DNA of 64,000 nucleotides from Octopus vulgaris (GCA_951406725.2 OX597815.1:48794001-48858000); one strand, 5' to 3'; counted from the first letter of the stretch, positions 12,650-25,925 are shown. Numbers and translations: made by a program. Notes: generated by a model from the letters alone, not told the origin.

Positions 12650-13215
12650 TAGCCAGGAGAAGTCTAATCGTTTGAATACAGAGGAAAACTTTATGAATAT
12701 TGCCACAAGTAACGAAACCTAGATGTACAATTACAATGTCGGAACTGAAAGTTAGTCGTCACAGTGGGTTGATTCATCATCAGAGTTGTTCAAAAATGGA
12801 GGTGATGTCAATCGTTGTCTTTGATTAAAATGGCGTCGTTCATCATGTGTTTGTTCCACGTGATCAGACGATCAGTATAGAGTTTTACTTGAATGCCACG
12901 AACCATTTGAGAAAGATATTGTGAAGGAAGAGGCTTAACCTCTTTAGCATTTAAACTGGTCATATCCGGCCCAAATATTCTACCTGTTTTATGATCAGAT
13001 GTTTAATGTCCAGATCTGGCCTTTCACATATACGCTAGTGTCATTCTAAAATTAAACATTGTCGAAATCTCAAAATTACAAGATAATGTATGATTAATTC
13101 AAAACAATGTGAATAAATGAACATTACACTTGGACAGAGTAATCTGAATGCTAAAATGGTTAAGGAAGAAACACGCAAAACCAAAAATGCTGCGCCACGA
13201 CAATATAGCTGATCT
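12650..13215 (+). pseudogene. Ancient mariner transposase fossil, split by a MITE
   Basis: Hand translation: ENFMNIATSNET*MYNYNVGTES*SSQW / SKMEVMSIVVFD*NGVVHHVFVPRDQTISIEFYL / LRHDN. These match the mariner TGDETW, VHHEFVP and HDNA blocks. Confidence 0.65.
12939..13159. mobile_element. piggyBac-type MITE with TTAA target site
   Basis: TTAA-cctctttagcatt...aatgctaaaatgg-TTAA. Second copy at 18152. Confidence 0.75.
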
Positions 13216-13500
13216 CTTATCACTTGTTTGCTCTGGTTGATTCTGTGGGAGCAGACTGCAGCCTATTGTCAGTGGACTCACAGGGTCTCTTTCCGCGCAT
13301 TATAATCTTTGATGATTGGTTGCTAATTATTGTGGAAGACATTCAACACTCAAGTACCAGTCTCAAAATCCTAGCTGTCCCCAGCAGAGCAGTTTTTTGG
13401 GTGTGCTCTGCTCTCACATCAGTTTCGATTTCTCTCACATATTTCTCGAACTTGGTTGTTAGCGCACTGAATGCCCCTACAACTACTAGAATGACGACTA
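13216..13500 (-). mobile_element. R4/Dong-clade LINE 3' end fragment
   Basis: Minus translation VILVVVGAFSALTTKFEKYVREIETDVRAEHTQKTALLGTARILRLVLEC* resembles the RLE-LINE C-terminus. Abuts an (AAC)/(AAT)n tract. Confidence 0.7.
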
Positions 13501-13568
13501 TAACAACAACAACAACAACAATGATAATAATAATAATTATTATTATTATTGTTATTATTATTATTGAA

Positions 13569-13770
13569 GGCGGCCAGCTGGCCAGGCGAAATGCTTAGCG
13601 GTATTTCGTCTGCCGCTATGTTCTGGGTTCAAATTCTGCCTAGGTCGACTTTGCCTTTCATCCTTTCGGGGTCGATAAACTAAGTTCCAGTTACGCACTG
13701 GGATTGATGTAATTGACTATATCCCTCCAACTAAATTTCAGGCCTTGTGCCTTTAATAGAAAGGATTATT
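13569..13770 (+). mobile_element. SINE B, tail T2 ending (ATT)n
   Basis: Meta-like domain followed by aaatttcaggccttgtgcctttaatagaaaggattatt. Confidence 0.85.
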
Positions 13771-14059
13771 ATTATTATTTTTTTTTTTTTCTTGCAAAGC
13801 ACATGACAACTCTAATCCCTTAATTGTACTAGTATCCAAATTTGGCTATCGTGACGTTTCTTCTTTTTCTTCTTTTTTTTTTTTTTAGAGAACAAGTCGA
13901 TAATATGTTCTAGCAACGGAGGTAAATATTTTGAATGAAATAATTCTGAATAAAATTTAAGTTAATACACAAAGTTTCTTTTCTTTTCTAAGTTTGGTTT
14001 TTGTGTATAATTTACACACATACACATTAGAAATATTCATATTCAAAACAATCACAGAC

Positions 14060-14262
14060 TTTGGATTCAAATTTTGGCACAAGGCCAGCAATTTGAGGAG
14101 AGGAGCTAAATAGATTAAATCACAACTGGTACTTATTTTATCGACTTTGAAAGGATAAAAGGAAAATTCAACCTTGGCGGAATCTGAACTCTGACTGCAA
14201 AGACGGATCAAATGCTACTAAACATTTTCCCGACGTGCTAACGATTTCGCCAGCTCGCCACC
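14060..14262 (-). mobile_element. SINE B, tail T3
   Basis: Minus strand tail aattgctggccttgtgccaaaatttgaa; head ggtggcgagctggcgaaatcgttagc. Confidence 0.8.
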
Positions 14263-14300
14263 CTAAAAGCAGTCAGCCATATTAACACATTTTAACGTAT

Positions 14301-14382
<82 letters not shown>

Positions 14383-14487
14383 TCTACACTTCGAAATACA
14401 CACCAATCCACTCGACAATGGTGTAACTACTCGGAGTAAAGAAGCTTCCATAAGTTCGTCCCGTAAGTAACGTCACATCTTTTCCTT

Positions 14488-14540
<53 letters not shown>

Positions 14541-14699
14541 TGATGTATAGACATGTGTGTGTGTAGCATTTGTGACTCGTAGAATAAACGTAGCTCATCA
14601 GGTACGAGACGAGCTACTTTTATTCTACAAGCCACTGAAACTAATATGTATTCTCTATCAAATGGGTTGAGTGCCACTTTCTTTCGTTTGCCTACTAGT

Positions 14700-14767
<68 letters not shown>

Positions 14768-15050
14768 ACACACACATACACACACACACATACACACACA
14801 CACAGATGAAGAGCGCCGCGAGAGGAGAAATTTTTTCAAGGATTGAGAACAGCTTTTGGAAACAATAAAAAAGCTATTTATTGAGCTGGAGAGAGAGAGA
14901 GAGACAGATCATGTAGACAAAGAAAATTTAGGAGCGCATGAGGTGGGAGACGGTAGGAAAATATAATTAGAAAAGGAAGAGGACTATGGATAGGTTTAGA
15001 CTAGAAATGATGAGGTGGAATAATAATTATAAAAGAAGTAAAGAAAACCA

Positions 15051-15365
15051 GCACTCTGTCGGTTACAACGACGAGGGTTCCACTTGATTTGACCAACCTG
15101 TTTGTGAAATTAACTTGCATGTGACTGAGCGCTCCGCAGACACGCAAAACCCTTAATGTAGTTCTCAGGGAGACCTAGCGTGACACAGAGTATGACAAGG
15201 CTGGTCATTTGAAACAGAGGTACTACTCATTTTGCCAGCTGAGTGGGCTGGAGCAACATGAAATAAAGTATCTTGCTCAAGGACACAACGCGCCACCGGG
15301 AATTGAACACCACGACCTTACGATCGGGAGCTAAATACCGTAACCACTAAGCCACGTGCCTTCAC
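15051..15365 (-). mobile_element. tRNA-derived SINE (body 2 + tail Y)
   Basis: Minus strand: tggcttagtggtta...gtgtccttgagcaagatactttatttcatgttgctccag...gaaccctcgtcgttgtaaccgacagagtgc. Confidence 0.85.
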
Positions 15366-15819
15366 AGAAGAGTAGAATGCAATTTAAAGGAAATATAAGA
15401 CGTTGATTTTCTTTTTGTCTGGTCAGTGACCGCGGTAAGCAGTTTGTCAAGAACATTAATCACAAATGCATTTATACATTTGCGATTGAACCGTTGGAAT
15501 TACGCTGCTGGTTAGGAAATGCTTACACGTATGTACGCACACGCATACACAGATGAATAACAGAAGTGCAGACGCATAGATGAGATCCTATGTACACATG
15601 GACAATTAAAGACAGGCAAACAGGTCTGATGTTCTCCGGTGGTAAACGATGATATGTGTACATGTAGATGCCCTTCTGCAAGCAGTGTGGGTACACTAAT
15701 ATTTTTTCCTTCTGCCTTTAACCTTCCAACGCGGAGTATAGGCCACTTATAGTTGAATTCCATGTCGCATAAATTTTCGCTTCTGTACTTATACTCTGCC
15801 ATGAATGTCCCCCTTTCTC

Positions 15820-16125
15820 TAGTCCCTTTTGTGTTGATCTACGCCACGAGTTCTTAGGCCTACCCTCTTTCTATATCCATCCGGTTTCGAATGTAAAGCA
15901 CTTTTCGCTACATTTGCTGTTTCTTTTCTAATTGTGCTACCAATCCACTTCCACTTTTTCTTAAATATTTGCTCCCTAATCGAAACTTGATTTGTTCTTT
16001 GCCATAGCTCCATATTGCTTATGTGTTCGGGCCATCTAATTTTAAGTATACTACGCAAGCATCTGTTGATGAATGATTGTATTTGCTTATTTGACTTAAC
16101 TGTTGTTCGCCATGTCTCAGCCCAC
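15820..16125 (-). mobile_element. RTE-clade LINE 3' ORF fragment
   Basis: ETWRTTVKSNKQIQSFINRCLRSILKIRWPEHISNMELWQRT...KWKWIG is a typical RTE post-RT C-terminus. Confidence 0.85.
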
Positions 16126-16286
16126 TGGCATGTAAATGTATACATATACGCAGCCATAGTAATATGTGCCCACACATATAAATAGTGTCCGGGCTAAATT
16201 TGAGTTTGGACGAAAGCAAAGGAAAACATCATATCCTATCCAAAAATAAGAGAAGCTTTAAAAAAATCGAAAAGTACCAAGCAGAT

Positions 16287-16475
16287 CAGCGTCTCTCAAC
16301 TGGAGTACCCCGGATCCCTAGGGTTCCGCAAATGGTTCCTAAGGGTTCCACGAGAAAGACTGAGATAAGCTCATGCTAATTTCAGTATCGTAATATTACT
16401 ATATGTGCACAATATGGCTGGGAGATAAATTCCCTTAGCTTCCACTACGACCTCAAGACGACTTGAGAACCTTAT
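16287..16475. mobile_element. Possible hAT (Charlie-like) non-autonomous fragment
   Basis: Ends cagcgtctctcaac and ttgagaacc resemble CAGTGGTTCTCAAC-type TIRs; degenerate. Confidence 0.35.
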
Positions 16476-16644
16476 GCATGCATTTCTCGATTACAGGTAA
16501 GTTCATTGCCATCAATTCGCCATGAAGAAAGTTCACCGTGAGGAAAATATATCCATAGTATCTCACTATTAATAGTTAAAAACTATTTTATTGTAAAAAA
16601 AAACAGTGAATTGATGACGGTGAACTTACCAAACATGACATTTC

Positions 16645-17080
16645 TCACTGCGTCCTTGGGAAGATCTTTTGAACATCTCTTTGATTTTGCCACCAGCTCG
16701 TCCTTGGAGCTGCACGCTGCGCGGTTTGTGCTTTTCTCAACCGCACCTCACACATAGTAATCCATGTGATTATACAATTGAGGTAATTAGGAGGCTCAAA
16801 ATTGGGGTTAGAAAAGTAGCAGTAATTCTCCGACAACCACTTCTGAGTCTTTCGGGAGGTATGGCAAGGAACAGAATCCTTCTGCCATGCATATTGCCTC
16901 CCAGCATCAACCCTTCCGAGCCAGTGTTTAATCACAGTCCCCAGTAACTTTACATAGACGTCTGAATTGAGTCTAAGGCCTTGTTCAAAGGTGCGGGATG
17001 ACGGCATGACGTCATCCTCGCTGGAGACATAGCCAAAGACCATCACAATTTGAGGAGACTTAGTTTTCATGAAGTCCATA
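16645..17080 (-). pseudogene. DD37D/maT-like Tc1-mariner transposase catalytic fragment
   Basis: KTKSPQIVMVFGYVSSEDDVMP...GLRLNSDVY...WQKDSVPCHTSRKTQKWL...PPN resembles the QQDSAPCH and WPPNSPD motifs. Confidence 0.8.
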
Positions 17081-17269
17081 TCTTACGGCCTATACACTGT
17101 TCACAGAGCATTGAGCAGCAGTCATGGTGTCGCTATTTTGCTACCTGCAGTGAATCATCATAATACAGGAAAATTCTTTTCCAGTATTCATTTGGCTTCA
17201 AGTCCTCCATGACAGCTAAAGTTCATATATGTTCATTTATGTCACCTTTGTCTAATGGTTTGTCAAAAG

Positions 17270-17385
17270 AGACCGACGGCGTATGAACCTGACTTAAAAT
17301 AAACACTAGAATAAATTTGTTCAACAAAACCCCTAAGGTGGTTCCCCAGCATGGCCGTAGTCCAATAACTGAAACAAAAGATAAA
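17270..17385 (+). mobile_element. SINE A 3' fragment
   Basis: aaaagagaccga...aaggtggttccccagcatggccgtagtccaataactgaaacaaaaga. Confidence 0.65.
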
Positions 17386-18151
17386 CGCTTTAATCGTACC
17401 CAGTATTTCCCAACCAGAGTTATTCTAGTTGTACAAGAAATACTCCTTTGGATAAAGCAATTGCACTTCAGGCAGATCTGCTACCCGATTTGCCTTCAGC
17501 TCTGCTCTGAACTTGTATAAACTAATTGATAGGCAAACAAACAGACAGATAAGTAGTTAGATGGATAAATAGATAGTCAAATATGTTAGCAGGTAGGCAG
17601 GTTAACAGGTAGGACGATCATCAGACAGACAGAGAAACAAAGATAGATGAAAAGTGGGTAGAGAGATTAAACAGACAAACATATAGGCAGATTGTCTCAA
17701 CTCACGAAATGTGACACAAACACCTGTATATACGAACACACATTCATGTCTGTGTGTGTATGTGTGTGTAATTTTACTACAGCGATGTTCCAATAGACTG
17801 CATATTACTTAACATTCTGACTAGACAGAATATCGTGATAAATTAAAGTTTTCTAAAATCCCAATGGAGAAAATTTATTTATGCTACAAAAAGAAAGAAG
17901 CAAGTGAACCAAGCATTAGTGTAGCTAGAGTGTGTACCACCCGAGGCAGCCCTTCCGTTTGCCGCCCACGAACCCCACAAAAAAATACATATTACCTACA
18001 GCTGATCCAAAAGTGCCGCTCGAGGCGGACCACCCCTACCGACTCGTCCTCCATCTACGCATGTGGAGCCAAGGGAAGTAATTCAGGTGATCCAATAGCA
18101 TTAATTTAGACATATGCAGTACTAAAGTTAGTACGCAAAAGAAAATTTCAA

Positions 18152-18372
18152 CCCTTTAACATTTAAACCGACCGTATCTAGTCCAAATATTTTACCTGTT
18201 TTATGTCCAAACTTGCCAGATCAAGTCTCTCACACGTACCCTACGATGTCATTATAAAAATTAACAATCGCGTCATTAAAATTTCGAAGCTACGAGTTAA
18301 TGCATCATAAATTCAAAACAATGTCAATAAACAACTATCACCTGTGACAGAATTAGTTGAATGCTAAATGAA
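18152..18372. mobile_element. piggyBac-type MITE, second copy
   Basis: Colinear with 12939-13159 (ccctttaacatt...ttcaaaacaatgt...gaatgctaaa). Confidence 0.7.
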
Positions 18373-18439
18373 TTGAAATTTGCAGTATAGTTAAAGAAAG
18401 AAAACTACGGAAGCAATTGTTTGCGTGTCTCGAGGAAAA

Positions 18440-19010
18440 GGGGAGATATTTTCGCTCAGTTGGAAAGCGAGGCTCGCTCAGGCGAGCCATCCACAAGCCG
18501 AAACGAGGAGCCGATTGAGAAAGTTCAGCAAATAGTCATGGAAGTCCGCCGTGTAACAATCCAGAAGATTGCTCACGAAGTGAGAATGAGTGTAGGATCA
18601 GTGCATTCCATTTTAATGGATTTGTGCATGTGGAGTGTGTCGGTGAAATTCGTCCCTCAGTTGCTGGTGGAGCAGCAGAAGCAACTCCGCATGAAAATCG
18701 CTCAGGATATGTCGGACTGTGCGAGCCACGACCCAAACTTCATGAAGATTACCATTATTGGTGATGAAACATGTTCATGTCCCCGGCTCGATGCGTTTGG
18801 TCATCTTGCGTGGAAACGTAAATCTGACGAAGGCACAGTACACGTCTGTGCTCTAGGCGTAACAGTCGGGAACTGGTACTGCCTATCAGCGCGAAAATTT
18901 TCGTTCATGCGCAGGAAGGGTGGCGTCATCTTCCACCCAAAGGATTTTTGCCACGTCACATTAGTTTTGGCGGGAATAAATAAATTCGGTTACTTTTTGA
19001 ACGCATCTCT
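18440..19010 (+). mobile_element. Internally deleted mariner remnant
   Basis: SGEPSTSRNEEPIEKVQQIVMEVRRVTIQKIA...KFVPQLL...ITIIGDET, then a TIR-like end cggttactttttgaacgcatctct-TA. Confidence 0.8.
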
Positions 19011-19016
19011 TATATA

Positions 19017-20297
19017 CGAGGAGGTACCCAAAAGTAACAAGAAACGATTACTGTAGGACAAGCCTGTTGCAGTTCAGGCTTTCGCCACTAGAATCCACTT
19101 GATGCGACCCTAAGGCATCAGTAAAGTCGTACTACCACATAGTGCGCCTTTGTTTTGCAGTGCTTCTCCCTTGTTCGTCGATTTTTTTTTTCTTTTTTGC
19201 AATGGCTGAAACGAAAGAACAGCGTGCTTCCATGAAATTTTGTTTTCTGCCGAGGAAAACGGCAGCCGAAGCAGTTGTCATGCCTCAAACAACTTACAAG
19301 ATCCCTGTCATGAGCAAAACATAAGTTTACGTGTGGTTTTTACACTTTAGGGATGGTCACTTGTCGCATGAAAACCAACCTCGTTCAGAGCGCCAGTCAA
19401 CCTTCCGAATGAATGAAAACATTACGAAAATTTATGAACTGATCTTGGAGGACTGTCACCGAACAATTGACGAACTTGTTGGTATGACTGGTGTGTCCTG
19501 GAGCTCCTGCCAACGAATTTTGAGCGAGGAACTCCAAATGAAAAGAGTCGCAGCAAAATTTGTGCCTCACTTGCTCACGGAAGATCAAAAGCAGTTACTA
19601 TTGAACACGTGTCGTGAACTGAAAGAACAGTTGGAAGTTGATCCGGATTTTCGAAAGTCATAATTGGTAACGAAAGCTGATGCTACAGCTACGACCAGGA
19701 AACGAAGCAGTAAGTCAATGGAAGCATTCGATGTCATCACGCCTTAAAAATGCGCGTCAAGTTAAATCCAATATCAAGACGGTGCTGATTTGTTTCATCG
19801 ATGCGAAAGGAATTGTCCACACAGAATTTGTTCCTCCTGGTCAAACTGTTAACCAGACATTTTATTTGGTAGTTCTGAATGACTTGCAAGACGCATTGAG
19901 ACGAAAATGCTCCGACCTGTGGCAAAGTGAAGAGTAATGGTTTTATCACAACAATGCACCTGCAGACACCGTCTTGTGTGCGAGACAGTTTTTTGACCAA
20001 AAATGGTATGACACCACTTTCCCAACTTCTCTATTCATCCGATCTTGCTACCTGCGATATGTTTTTTCTTCCCCGAATGAAAAAAGTCCTTAAAGAAAAA
20101 CGTTTTGCAGATGTGGAAGTAGTGAAGAAAAAAACGACGGAGGCGTTCCAGGACTGCTTCGAACAGTGAAAATGGCGTATGGACCAATGCATTGCTTCAA
20201 ATAAAGAATACTTTGAAGGCGGTAAAAGTGTAAACATGTAAAACTAGGTGAATAAAATAATATTGCAAAATTCCGGTTTCTTTAGGGTACCTCCTCG
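19017..20297 (+). mobile_element. Full-length (1281 bp) defective mariner (DD34D-type)
   Basis: TA TSD at 19015-16 and 20298-99. 27-bp TIRs cgaggaggtacccaaaagtaacaagaa and cgaggaggtaccctaaagaaaccggaa (23/27 identical). Confidence 0.95.
19202..20241 (+). pseudogene. Mariner transposase pseudogene (stops and frameshifts)
   Basis: MAETKEQRASMKFCF...KFVPHLL...IVHTEFVPPGQTVN...YSSDLATCD...EYFEGG spread across ORFs 19142, 19331, 19680 and 19927. Confidence 0.92.
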
Positions 20298-20300
20298 TAC

Positions 20301-20470
20301 ATGACGGTCTTATTTCAGTTTTCGTCAACCAAATCCACTTACAAGGCATGGATCGACCTGGGGCTAAAGCAGAAGGAACTTGCTATACTAGAAGGTACTG
20401 CACAGTGGGACTGAACCCAAGACCACATGGTTGCAAAGCAAGCTTCTTATCATACAGCCACGCCTGCGCA
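20301..20470 (-). mobile_element. SINE A 5' half
   Basis: tttcagttttcgtcaaccaaatccactt...cagtgggactgaacccaag...cagccacgcctgcg. Confidence 0.75.
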
Positions 20471-20871
20471 TATCATAAGAATTCTTCTAAGCTGACTTAT
20501 GGAAAGGATTAAAAACAGTAAACCAATACCGGAACTAAAATAACTTAGCGTAAAATTAAAAAAGTACTCAGATTTTAAACTGCACGGCAAGACAAGAGTG
20601 TTATGTGGTTGTATTACAAAAAAACATTAACTCTTCTGCTGCCGATGATTGTCATGTTTTGCATCTTGTGAATGTGTGTGGACAAGAAAGGGGTAGGACG
20701 AAAAGTTGGCTGCATATTATCTCATAGTGATAAGGCCTTTGTTGATAATTTGTTTTATCAATACCGAATGCATACTCCACGTGTTTAAGCACGGCATCTG
20801 CCTGGTGTACACAAATTTGTTTCTTATGTGTGCATGTATTTTTACATTGCGTGTATGGATAAACATACACG

Positions 20872-20914
<43 letters not shown>

Positions 20915-21070
20915 TACACATATACACACAGATTTGCGTGTACGTGTGTTTGTGTGTGTGTGTATGAAGATGTAAAAACGTGAATTTCATTAAAATACAA
21001 CTATGTATGTACATTATATTCAAATCTGAATGCATACACAAATATACATGTATATGTAGGGGGTCTACAC

Positions 21071-21190
<120 letters not shown>

Positions 21191-21953
21191 ACACACACAC
21201 ACACACACACACACACGACACTATCAAAGGTGCAGAAATGACGTTCTCCAAATGAATTAAAAGGTATTATAGTCCAACTGTAGAGAGAAATCCATGAATC
21301 AGGTACTCCAAATCAGTCAGAAGGACGGAGACATACATACATACATACATACAGATATATTCCAGCCGGAACAAACATCGAATGACGTTTTTCTTTACTC
21401 TAACGATTCTGTCAACTTGCACAGACACCGATTGATATTTCCTGATGTGCGTTAGAATAGGTTGTTTGCTTCAGATTTGTACGATGTAAAGTGTCTTCAT
21501 TATCGGCACAATGTGTGTATACAAACATTATATATCATAGACTGATATACCATATATCAATTAACAATTTTAGAGAGGCTTTAAGGAAGATACGTTTTCA
21601 ATCTGATCTTAGTTAACGACTGGTTCTTCTCACTTCTCTAATTGAAGGCAGTACAATGACAATGGACTCGTTGGAGCATTAGAAGAGAAAGCTTTGCTGT
21701 ATTCGTTCCAAATCTCTGCGCTCTAAATTCAAATTGTGTTCATTTGAATCCAGAGGTCCAGTTTGCTTTTCAACTTTCCCACAAAATTTCAGACCTTGTG
21801 CCTATAGTAGAAAGGATTATTATTATTGTTGTTGTTGTTGTTGCTGTTGTTATCCTCCTCTCTAATTCTCTTTAAGAAAGGAACTGAATCCAAACCTAGA
21901 GAGGGAGTGTGCTTCATCAGGTTTAAAATGCCCAGTCCTAGAAAAGTAAGTTG

Positions 21954-22002
<49 letters not shown>

Positions 22003-22092
22003 CGGGAGAAAAGGAGTGATATGTGAGAACAAGAAAAGCTTACATTATAAGATTATAAACTATGGGTAAAGAGAATGGTAAGAGGAGGAAAG

Positions 22093-22136
<44 letters not shown>

Positions 22137-23087
22137 TGTGAGGTAAGGAATGGAAAAAAGAGAAGACACAGGCAGGTCAGAGCGAAGAACAGATGGTGGT
22201 GGTGGTGGTGGTGGTGGTATTAGTTGTGGTGAATTTAGTAGGAGAGGACATATAAAAAATTCTTTTCAAAATGATTAAAAGAGTTGAAAAATAAACAAAC
22301 AAACGTACAGATAAACAGCACAAACAAAGGTCTTGTGGATTTCCTATTTGAAATAACCATTATGTCTGTAACCTCGTTCCGTTTAAAGACTATGTTTTCA
22401 GCATTCAATTCTAGATTAGACTCTGAATCAAATTTGAATATTAAAAATATTAATTCAATTCAATAAGGATTGTAGTTGTTGCTGTTGTTTAGCCCCGGGT
22501 TTGCCCTTATTGAGTCGTCTTATGATCAAAGAAATTCTGACTATGATCAAACTGTCTTTTTGTATAATTAAATAAATACTAAATAAAATAACGAGAATAA
22601 CTGGAAAAGGCCAATAGCGTCAATTTGGATAAGTTAAATGGTGATGTGCGGAATGCCGCACTTCACGAAATTAATTATTGAAATTGGAGAAAGAAAATTT
22701 TAAAAATCTAGTTCTAATTCGTGGAGAAACCCAGCGGGCAGTTACTACAAGGGAGATAATCACTTCTTCATAATATTAGGTAGTATTAGAAGTTTGAATT
22801 TGAAATTAAGGAATAAAGAAGACGCATAGAATATACATACAGATCTTGTTTTTTGCCTACTTATTACGAAGGTCTTAAAATTTCTAATGTTAGGTAATCA
22901 TGTATAGTACCAATTCATTCTTTTTAGAAATCATCAGCATGGCAAGCTACTCTCGAAGAAAGGGGAAAATTTTTAAGAAATTAAGAATTAATCTTCCACA
23001 TTTATTTTACTTGTATAAGGAAAAGAAACTTTGATCTTTGTTTACCTAGTTATAGAAATAGTTCTTTTTGTATATCTTTTATCTGTA

Positions 23088-23210
23088 ATCTTTCACTTAT
23101 TTCACTCATTGGACTGCAGCCACTCTGAGGCACCAGTGTTTAACTAGTACATCGATCCTAGTGCTTATCTGGTACATATTTTCCCGACCCTCAAAGGATG
23201 AAAGGCAAAG
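23088..23210 (-). mobile_element. Chimeric SINE fragment: B Meta-like domain joined to A-type tail
   Basis: Minus strand: ctttgcctttcatcctttgagggtcgg...gtaccag...ggtgcctcagagtggctgcagtccaatgagtgaaataagtgaaa. Confidence 0.6.
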
Positions 23211-23389
23211 TATATATGTATATGTGCATGTGTGTGTGTATGTGAATGCAATTGTGGGTCTATTGGCCATTCACTCTCTGTCATCATACGATATCACTAT
23301 TCCTTTTTCTTCTTTAAATTTTTTCCTCTTACATTTCCTCTTCGAGCATTTCTTATCGATTGTGCCAGCTCGCTGCCTTAATAATGATA

Positions 23390-23603
23390 GTTTCAAAGTT
23401 TAGCACAGGACCAGCAGATTTTGAGGGGAGGTGTGGAGGTCGATTACATCAACCTCAGTGCTCAACTTACTCAGTTCATCAACCCCGAAAGGATGAAAAG
23501 CAAAATCGATCTCAGCGGAATCGGAACTCAGAACGTAAAAAACGGCCGAAATGCTGCTAAGCATTTCGTCCAGTGTTACTGACGATTCTGTCAGCTCACC
23601 GCC
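23390..23603 (-). mobile_element. SINE B, diverged (T3-like tail)
   Basis: aaccccgaaaggatgaaaagcaaaatcga...actcagaacgta...cagctcaccgcc. Confidence 0.75.
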
Positions 23604-23654
23604 AACAATAACAATAATCCTTTCTATATAAGTACGAAACCTGAAACCTGAAAC

Positions 23655-23999
23655 GTTGCCGGGTCATAGTGCTAGTGCATGCATATACAGCTGCGTGCGT
23701 GCGCACATACACGCGAGTACTGTCCAAATCTCCAACCAATCACATACAGCTAGCTGGCATTCAATTGGCGTGTCAAGTTTCGGACATTTTGATTGGGTTT
23801 TGGATAGAAAATTCACAAAAAAGTCACTTCTATTGATTTTTGATGGATTTGTAGGGTGAGTAGGGAAATGTAAAGATATGCACGACCACCCTTGGACGGT
23901 TTTGAATGACCATAGAAAGTGCGAGCCCTCTAACAAAAAAATTGTGGATATGTATAAAGGACACACACAGAGATTTTGCCGTTTATATAGAGAGAGATT
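23655..23999 (-). mobile_element. Possible non-autonomous Helitron-like element
   Basis: Minus strand starts a|tctctctctatataaacggc...gtgtgtgtcc. The other end has ctagcactatgacccggcaac, possibly half of a terminal hairpin. Confidence 0.4.
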
Positions 24000-24313
24000 T
24001 ACAGTATGGTACTGTTTCAACTTCGCAGATTTTCGCCCATCGCAGGAGTTTTGGAAAGTAACAGCCGCGATAGTCGAGCCCAGAGGCCATATGGACTCTG
24101 GTTGAGAATCATTGATATAAATGGAGTTGCTGGTGATGTTGATGATTTCTATTTTTTAATGGAGGCAAGTGTTTTTGTCGAAATGGTGTCGTGTTTGCTT
24201 TCTGTTTAATTCTTTATTTGAATGTGTGAACGATTTTATGTACACACGCATACACACTCACACTCACACATACACACACACACATAAGTATGTACGCGTG
24301 TGTGCGTGCATGA

Positions 24314-24351
<38 letters not shown>

Positions 24352-24352
24352 G

Positions 24353-24383
<31 letters not shown>

Positions 24384-25168
24384 GTATGTATGTATGTATG
24401 TATGTATGTATGTATGTATGTATGTATGTGTATATGTATATGCGTTTATGCGTATTAATTTACTTGCATATGCATATACGTGTTCGTGTGGTGTGTATAT
24501 ATATGTGTGTGTGTGTTGATATAAATGTGTTGATATATATATATATACACACACAAGAAATATTATACACACAATTATATAAAAATATATTGTATGCAAT
24601 ATTATATACATATGTTAGTGTGTGTTGTGTTTGTGTGTTTATATATACGTGTGTGTGTATGTATATGTGTGTGTACACATATGTGTTTGAGTGCGTGTAT
24701 GTGTATATATGAATGTATATATGTGTGTATGTTTAATATACTGTTTGTATGTGTGTGTATATAATGGATGTATGCTTGTGTATGTATGCATATATATAGC
24801 TGGAAAGTGGATAGATGTCATCGACGCACAAACGATGACATCAACCCATGATTCCGTGAAGTTTCAGATGGTAACATATGAAGAATATTTGCTGTTTCAA
24901 CATATGTTGGTAAGTCTCTAAACGTATACACATATATGTCTGTAGATACTTACATCTACATCTACACGCGCGCGCGCACACACACACAGACACACACACA
25001 CACACACACGCACGCACGCACACACACACACACACACACACAAATACACACATATAGTCTTAGCTCATTATATGACATTACCACCAGAAGGGTTAAATTA
25101 TTTTCATCTTAACTGCGTTTTTTCCGAAAACTAATTTTAAAAATATATTCATTATGCTTGTGCAACAC

Positions 25169-25201
<33 letters not shown>

Positions 25202-25269
25202 CACACACACACACACAGACACACGCGCACACACAGACACACACACACACGCATACACATGTGTATACT

Positions 25270-25520
25270 GCACTCTTTCGGTTACGACGACAAAGGTTCT
25301 AGATGGTTCGATCCGATCAACGTGAAATTAACGTGCAAATATTCCACAGACACACGTACCCTTAACGTAGTTCTCGAGGAGATTCAGTGTGTCACAGAAT
25401 GTAACATGACTGGCTCTTTGAAATACAGGTACTACTCATTTTTGCTAACTGAGCGGACTGGAGCAACGTGAAATGAAGTGTCTTGCCCAAGGACACAATG
25501 CGCTGCTGGGAATCGGACTC
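25270..25520 (-). mobile_element. SINE (body 2 + tail Y), head truncated
   Basis: Colinear with 15051-15365. Confidence 0.8.
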
Positions 25521-25531
25521 ATATACTGCCC

Positions 25532-25629
<98 letters not shown>

Positions 25630-25630
<1 letters not shown>

Positions 25631-25925
25631 AGTATGGTTGTGTGGTAAGAAGTTTACTTCCCAACCACATGGTTCTGGGTTCAGTCCCACTGCGTGGCTC
25701 CTTGGGCAAGTGTCTTCTACGACACCCTGTGCCGCTGTGTCTGTGTTTGTCCTCCCATAACCGCTTGACGACCGGTGTTGGTGTGTTTACGTCCCTTTAA
25801 CTTAGTGAATCGGCAAAAGACACCGATGGAATAAGTAATAGGCTTAAAAATAAGTCCCGGGGTCGATTTGTTCGACTAAAATCCGTCAAGGTGGTGTTCC
25901 AGCAGAGCCGCAGTCATATGACTGT
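25630..25925 (+). mobile_element. SINE A with internal deletion
   Basis: tggttgtgtggtaag...gggttcagtcccactgcgtggc...ggggtcgatttgttcgactaa. Confidence 0.8.

Noticed and set aside
14400-14470. Short open frame ending in a gtaagt donor-like site
   Set aside because: No acceptor upstream (only a CA repeat) and no recognisable peptide.
18421-19056. 211-aa ORF as an intact transposase
   Set aside because: Mariner similarity stops at the first catalytic Asp (GDET); the rest is unrelated read-through.
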